Below are positions 32,129 through 36,586 of a stretch of 36,586 nucleotides of DNA, piece by piece. The position numbers were made by a program, and so were the translations under genes. Under the pieces are notes generated by a model, which was given only the letters and a program-made list of their open reading frames with translations, did no database searches and was not told the DNA's origin. This DNA is from Nitrospinota bacterium (GTDB taxonomy: Bacteria; JAUXIQ01): NCBI GenBank assembly GCA_030620925.1, contig JAUXIQ010000001.1, forward strand, positions 1-36,586. The letters are read 5' to 3'. Position 1 is the stretch's first letter. Every line of letters starts with the position of its first letter.

Positions 32129-34750
32129 ATGAAGGAAGGGGTTTGGGAGGACGTCTGGATTCCGTCCGCTTGCAGCATCTGCTACAACCAGTGCGGCATC
32201 CTGGTGCACCGCGTGAACGGGGTTGTGGTAAAAATCGAGGGAAATCCGGAGAGTCCGCTGGGACTGGGGCGGCTGTGCCCCAAAGGGCTTTCGGGCATAA
32301 TGATGCTCTACGATCCTCACCGCCTCAACGTCCCCCTGAAACGCACCAACCCGGAAAAAGGTATTGGGGTCGACCCCGGCTGGGTGGAGATAAGCTGGGA
32401 TGAGGCCCTGGAGATAATAACCGGGAAGCTGAAGAAAGTGCGGGAGGAAGACCCACGCAAGCTGATCATGACCGGGTGCATCCCCTCCATGTGGCCCCTC
32501 ACCTTCGCCATGGCAACCTTCATGCCCGCATTCGGCTCGTCAAATGTGTTCTTTTCCGACGGACACCAGTGCGGCAACGCCGAGCACCTGCTGGCGGGGA
32601 CGCTTCACGGCGCTCTCACCACCAACCCCGACCTGGAGCATTGCGACTACTTAATAATGTTCGGATGCCACTGCGGCACCGCCGCATATTACGCCTTCAC
32701 CACCATGGCCCAGCGGATGGCCGACGCCCGCGCCCGGGGCATGAAGCTGGTGGTGGTGGACCCCATGATGAACGCCGCCGGCGAGAAGGCGGACGAGTGG
32801 CTGCCCATCCGGCCCGGCACCGACGGGGCGCTGGCGCTGGCCATGCTCAACGTCCTGCTCAACGAAACCGGAATATACGACAGGGAATATCTGCGGGAAC
32901 ACACCAACGGGCCCTATCTCATCGGACCGGACGGTCATTACGTACGCAGCGGTGAGAACGGCAAACCCCTGGTATGGGACGAATCAAGGGGTGCTGCAGG
33001 GACCTGCGAAGAAGTTGAGTCTCACCAGAACGCAATAGAGGGCGCATACACCGTCGGAGGCGTGGAGTGCAGGCCCGCCTTCCAGTTGTTGAAAGATCAC
33101 GTCCAGAATTACACCCCGGAATGGGCGGAGAAGATAACCACCATCCCCGCTCAGGTTACCAGGCGCATCGCCAGAGAATTCGGGGAGGCCGCAAGCGTGG
33201 GCAGCACCATTACCATAGACGGCGTACAGCTCCCCAGCCGACCGGCCTCGTTGGTCTATTTCAAAGGGTCCCACGGGCATAACCATGCCTGGCTCACATC
33301 GCTGGCCATAGAACTGCTGTGCGAGGTGGTGGGGGCCAGCAACGTCCCCGGAGGCCTCATGGGCGCCAGCCCCGTCTGCTACGGCCATCCGGAGACGGAG
33401 CTGCCGCGCTGGGTGCCCAAGGCGGGCCCCGACGGGCTGCTCACCCCCGGTATCTGGATCGGGGCAACGGAGCCCGGCTATTCGGTGAAACCATACCCCG
33501 CCGTGGAGCCGCAGGCGCCTCAGAGCTACAATCTGATGGACCTTCTCCCCACCGCTCTATCCAGTCATTTGGCGGTGCTCACCATGCCCCGGGGGGAGGA
33601 GTTTAAAATCCCCTACAAACCGGAAGTGCTCCTCAACTACGGGGCCAACAGCCTGATGAGCATCGGCAACCCGGAGACCACCGCCGACGCACTGCGTGAG
33701 CTGTTCGTAATCTCATTCAACCTGTGGCTGGACGAAACCACCGATTTCGCGGACATCGTCCTCCCCGACACCTCATACCTCGAACGGCTTGACCCTTCAC
33801 CCAATCTGCACATCCACCACTTCCCCGTGGGCATGGGGGATTGGGGCTGGCAGATACGCCAGCCGGTGGTGGAGCCTATAGGGCAGCGGCGGCATTTCTG
33901 CGAGGTGCTCATGGACCTCTCGGAGCGCCTGGGCATGCTGGATGCCCACCACGCACTGATCAACCACTATTACGGATTGCAGGGCGAACACACGCTCAAG
34001 CCCGATGAAAAATATTCCTGGGAAGAAATAGGAGACCACATCTATAAATACTACTTCGGACCCGGCCACGGGCTGGACTGGTTCAAGAAAAACGGTGTCA
34101 TCAAATGGCCCAAGAACGTCAAGGAAGCCTTCTGGAAACCCTTCATCGAGGCCCGGGTGCCCATATATTTCGAATGGATGAAGGAGTTCGGGGAAAAGGT
34201 GGATTCCATCGTCAAGGAGAACGCGCTTCCCTGGCCCGAGGAGGGCGATTTTCAGGCTCTCCCGGATTGGAAGCCCTGCGCTGCTCTGGAGAGCGAGGAT
34301 GAAGAGTACGACATGCAGGCCGTCTATTACCGCGTGGCCTGGCACTCCTTCTCCATGACCTACCAGAACCCCTGGTTGGCCGAAATCTCGGAGAAGATGG
34401 ACCCCTACTCCTATTTCATCTCCGTAAACACGACTACGGCGAAAGAGAAGGGTATCGAGAGCGGCGACCAGATATGGGTGGAATCGAAAGACGCCGGTAA
34501 GGTGCGTGGTCTGGCGGTGCTGGTGGAAGGGATACACCCTCAGGTGGTGGGCATAGCCAACAACGGCGGTCATTGGAGCCCCAACTTGCCGATTGCAAAA
34601 GGCAAAGGGGTCTTCTTCGAGGCGCTCATGCCCTTGGACCTTAAGAAGACCGACCCGGTGACCATCACCATGGACTGCGACGCCAGAGTCAAAATCTACA
34701 AGGACGCTTCGGGAGAAAAATGGCAAGATACGGCATGGTCATCGACCTGA
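32129..34750 (+). CDS. Molybdopterin (bis-MGD) oxidoreductase catalytic subunit, DMSO-reductase superfamily, PsrA/SoeA-like, no signal peptide
   Basis: 873-aa ORF with GGGGGGAGG SD. The N-terminal 4Fe-4S motif CSICYNQC-x26-CPKG starts at residue 15. An in-frame TGA at 32105-32107 excludes any N-terminal extension. MGD-binding-type strings are KLVVVDPMMN and LPIRPGTDGALALAM. Confidence 0.9.
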   Translation: MKEGVWEDVWIPSACSICYNQCGILVHRVNGVVVKIEGNPESPLGLGRLCPKGLSGIMMLYDPHRLNVPLKRTNPEKGIGVDPGWVEISWDEALEIITGKLKKVREEDPRKLIMTGCIPSMWPLTFAMATFMPAFGSSNVFFSDGHQCGNAEHLLAGTLHGALTTNPDLEHCDYLIMFGCHCGTAAYYAFTTMAQRMADARARGMKLVVVDPMMNAAGEKADEWLPIRPGTDGALALAMLNVLLNETGIYDREYLREHTNGPYLIGPDGHYVRSGENGKPLVWDESRGAAGTCEEVESHQNAIEGAYTVGGVECRPAFQLLKDHVQNYTPEWAEKITTIPAQVTRRIAREFGEAASVGSTITIDGVQLPSRPASLVYFKGSHGHNHAWLTSLAIELLCEVVGASNVPGGLMGASPVCYGHPETELPRWVPKAGPDGLLTPGIWIGATEPGYSVKPYPAVEPQAPQSYNLMDLLPTALSSHLAVLTMPRGEEFKIPYKPEVLLNYGANSLMSIGNPETTADALRELFVISFNLWLDETTDFADIVLPDTSYLERLDPSPNLHIHHFPVGMGDWGWQIRQPVVEPIGQRRHFCEVLMDLSERLGMLDAHHALINHYYGLQGEHTLKPDEKYSWEEIGDHIYKYYFGPGHGLDWFKKNGVIKWPKNVKEAFWKPFIEARVPIYFEWMKEFGEKVDSIVKENALPWPEEGDFQALPDWKPCAALESEDEEYDMQAVYYRVAWHSFSMTYQNPWLAEISEKMDPYSYFISVNTTTAKEKGIESGDQIWVESKDAGKVRGLAVLVEGIHPQVVGIANNGGHWSPNLPIAKGKGVFFEALMPLDLKKTDPVTITMDCDARVKIYKDASGEKWQDTAWSST

Positions 34751-35358
34751 AACGGTGCATCGGCTGCTACGGCTGTCAGATAGCCTGCAAGGCTGAAAAT
34801 TTCACGCCGCCCGGTATCACCTGGGCGCTGGTGCTGAAGAACGAGCAGGGCAGCTTCCCCGCCGTGCGGCGGCTCTCCCTGCCCATGCTGTGCATGCACT
34901 GCGCAGAACCCGCCTGCGAGAAGGTCTGCCCCTCAGGGGCCACGGTGAAGGAAGAGGACGGGACGGTCACCGTGGACTACGAAACCTGCATCGGATGCCG
35001 ATACTGCATGGTGGCCTGTCCCTACGGCTCCCGTTATTTCAACGACCGGGAGCTGAACTATTACGGCGATCAGCGGACACCCTACGAAGAGGTCGGGGCC
35101 GATCCCCCGGAAGGATGGGAAAGTAAGCCGCGCCGCGCGCGTTGCACGGGCAGGGTTGAGAAATGCGACTTATGCTCCCATCGCCGGGAGCAGGAGCTGG
35201 AACCGGCCTGCGTGGCCAACTGCATGGCCAAGGCGCGCTACTTCGGCGACCTGGACGACCCCTACTCAGAGGTCTCCCGTCTGGTCAGGGAGAAAGGCGG
35301 CTTTCAGTTGAACCCCGAGCTGGGCACGGACCCCTCGGTCTATTATCTGCCCGTATGA
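34720..35358 (+). CDS. 4Fe-4S ferredoxin-type electron-transfer subunit (PsrB/DmsB/NrfC/SoeB-like)
   Basis: 212-aa ORF starting MARYGMVIDLKRCIGCYGCQIACKAEN. Its four Cys groups are CIGCYGCQIAC, CMHCAEPACEKVCP, CIGCRYCMVACP and CDLC...CVANC. It overlaps the catalytic-subunit gene by 31 nt and has no Tat signal. Confidence 0.92.
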   Translation: MARYGMVIDLKRCIGCYGCQIACKAENFTPPGITWALVLKNEQGSFPAVRRLSLPMLCMHCAEPACEKVCPSGATVKEEDGTVTVDYETCIGCRYCMVACPYGSRYFNDRELNYYGDQRTPYEEVGADPPEGWESKPRRARCTGRVEKCDLCSHRREQELEPACVANCMAKARYFGDLDDPYSEVSRLVREKGGFQLNPELGTDPSVYYLPV

Positions 35359-35367
35359 GGTGAACGT

Positions 35368-36330
35368 ATGACGAATACCGGCTTGCGAAACAGCCCGGGA
35401 GGGAGCGGACAAGCCGTCTGGGGCTGGAAAGTAGCCGCTTACCTCTTCCTAGCCGGTGTGGGGGCGGGAGCCTACGCGGCGGGAGCGGTTGCGGATTTCC
35501 TGGGGACGGGCTGGGAGACCGCGTCCCGGACGGGGATAACCCTGGGCCCGCTGCTGGTGCTGGTTTCAACGGTCTTCCTCATTGCGGACCTCGGCGTCCC
35601 CGGCGGGTTTTTAAGGGCCGGAGCACGGCCCCGATCATCGTGGATATCCAGGGGAGTATTAATACTTACGCCGTTCGTGATAATAGGACTTATAAACATA
35701 TTCCTGCTGGTCTGGCCCTGGCATCTGCTCCAGGGGGCTCCGACGGCGCGCCTGGCCCTGGAGGGAGTGGGGATCGCCCTGGCCCTGCTGACCATGGTCT
35801 ATACCGGCCTGCTTCTGGGCGCCGTGCGGCCCATCCTCTTCTGGAACAACGCCATGCTGCCAGTGCTGTTCCTGCTTTCGGCGCTGTCTACGGGGCTGAT
35901 GGTCCTCATGCTTGCGCTTTCGCTCTCTCCGGCCGCCTCCGGCTTCGGCTTGCACGCACAATTATACGGACTGGCCAGGGCTGACGCCCTGATACTGGGG
36001 TTCGAAGCGGTGGTGGTGTTCTTCTACCTTCAGGGATGCTACGCCTCGCCTGCGTCCAGACCCTCAGCGGAGCTGCTGCTAACCGGCTCGCTGGCCCCCA
36101 TTTTCTGGGCCGGCCTGGTGGCCTCCGGCATCGCGTTTCCACTGGTCTACGAGCTTGTCGCCCTTTCTCCCGCGTCCAAAGAGGTCGAAACGGCTCTGGC
36201 TATGGCCGCATCCATTTTCGGCCTGGCGGGGGGTCTCCTGCTGCGCTACCTGATAGTGGCGGGGGGCATGAGGGTCCCTCTCAAGGCGGCGGGAATGTTG
36301 CTGAACACTTCCGGCAAAGCCCGCTTCTGA
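35368..36330 (+). CDS. NrfD/PsrC-type integral membrane quinone-interacting subunit
   Basis: 320-aa ORF with GAGGTGA SD and about eight hydrophobic helices. The N-terminal WGWKVAAYLFLAGVGAGAY is typical of the NrfD family. Confidence 0.85.
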   Translation: MTNTGLRNSPGGSGQAVWGWKVAAYLFLAGVGAGAYAAGAVADFLGTGWETASRTGITLGPLLVLVSTVFLIADLGVPGGFLRAGARPRSSWISRGVLILTPFVIIGLINIFLLVWPWHLLQGAPTARLALEGVGIALALLTMVYTGLLLGAVRPILFWNNAMLPVLFLLSALSTGLMVLMLALSLSPAASGFGLHAQLYGLARADALILGFEAVVVFFYLQGCYASPASRPSAELLLTGSLAPIFWAGLVASGIAFPLVYELVALSPASKEVETALAMAASIFGLAGGLLLRYLIVAGGMRVPLKAAGMLLNTSGKARF

Positions 36331-36345
36331 AGTTGAGGTCTTACG

Positions 36346-36586
36346 GTGCTGGTAAAAATCAGTTTCTACGGCGTCTACCGAGATTTCCTCGACCGCTCGG
36401 GATTGGAGCTGGAACTGCCCCCGGAAGCCACCATCCGCGAGCTGCTCCAGGAGTTGAGCGAAATTCTGGGCAGTAAGTTCCGCCAGCGCATACTGGCCGA
36501 AGAAGGCGGGCTGCACCTGCACGTCAATCTTTCCGTCAACGACAGGCAGGTGAGCCCTTCCGAGATAGATGAGCGGCTATCCCCGG
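36346..36586 (+). CDS. MoaD/ThiS-like ubiquitin-fold protein (5' partial, runs off the right edge; not in the ORF track)
   Basis: GTG at 36346 is preceded by GAGG at 7-nt spacing. The hand translation is MLVKISFYGVYRDFLDRSGLELELPPEATIRELLQELSEILGSKFRQRILAEEGGLHLHVNLSVNDRQV..., open to the window end. This fits the MoaD/ThiS pattern (beta-strand start, LELPEGATV.ELL..L). Confidence 0.55.
   Translation, partial: MLVKISFYGVYRDFLDRSGLELELPPEATIRELLQELSEILGSKFRQRILAEEGGLHLHVNLSVNDRQVSPSEIDERLSP

Noticed and set aside
35999-36006. GGTTCGAA, a tRNA T-arm-like string; more generally any tRNA, rRNA, tmRNA, RNase P RNA, IS element, integrase or transposase in the window
   Set aside because: The string lies inside the NrfD-like CDS with no cloverleaf context. 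By-eye scanning of all non-coding gaps found no tRNA-like structure and no recombinase-like ORF. A proper tRNAscan/Infernal run would be needed for certainty.

Overview
GC-rich bacterial chromosomal window. The gene content suggests an anaerobic Desulfobacterota/Syntrophia-like organism, but that is inference only. Left to right on the map: (1) a Tat-signal ABC substrate-binding protein; (2) a stand-alone hydantoinase-B/oxoprolinase gene (hyuB) whose last ~200 nt are duplicated around an AT-rich DUF4258-like/DUF2283 toxin-antitoxin-like cassette; (3) a gamma-carbonic-anhydrase-like hexapeptide protein; (4) a visibly lower-GC block with a NodU/CmcH carbamoyltransferase, two tiny membrane proteins (one of 59 aa is absent from the supplied ORF track) and a membrane-anchored SGNH-like enzyme; (5) an HD-GYP phosphodiesterase and an SDR; (6) a long minus-strand housekeeping run (QueG-like Fe-S protein, radical SAM, rnc, fabF, acpP, fabG, fabD, fabK, plsX, rpmF, yceD, then DUF465 and tsaB); (7) two 2-hydroxyacyl-CoA-dehydratase/benzoyl-CoA-reductase-family subunits with no activator gene; (8) a MoxR AAA+ ATPase translationally chained to three large envelope proteins with no recognisable DUF58/VWA partner; (9) a small secreted protein; (10) hsp20 embedded in ~2 kb of dense GC-rich palindromic repeats; (11) a PsrABC/SoeABC-like molybdopterin oxidoreductase with no Tat signal, followed by a MoaD/ThiS-like gene cut by the right edge. 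I saw no rRNA, tRNA, CRISPR array, transposase or integrase. Two interspersed hairpin repeat families (called R1 and R2 here) occupy much of the intergenic DNA. All family assignments rest on motif recognition by eye, not database searches.
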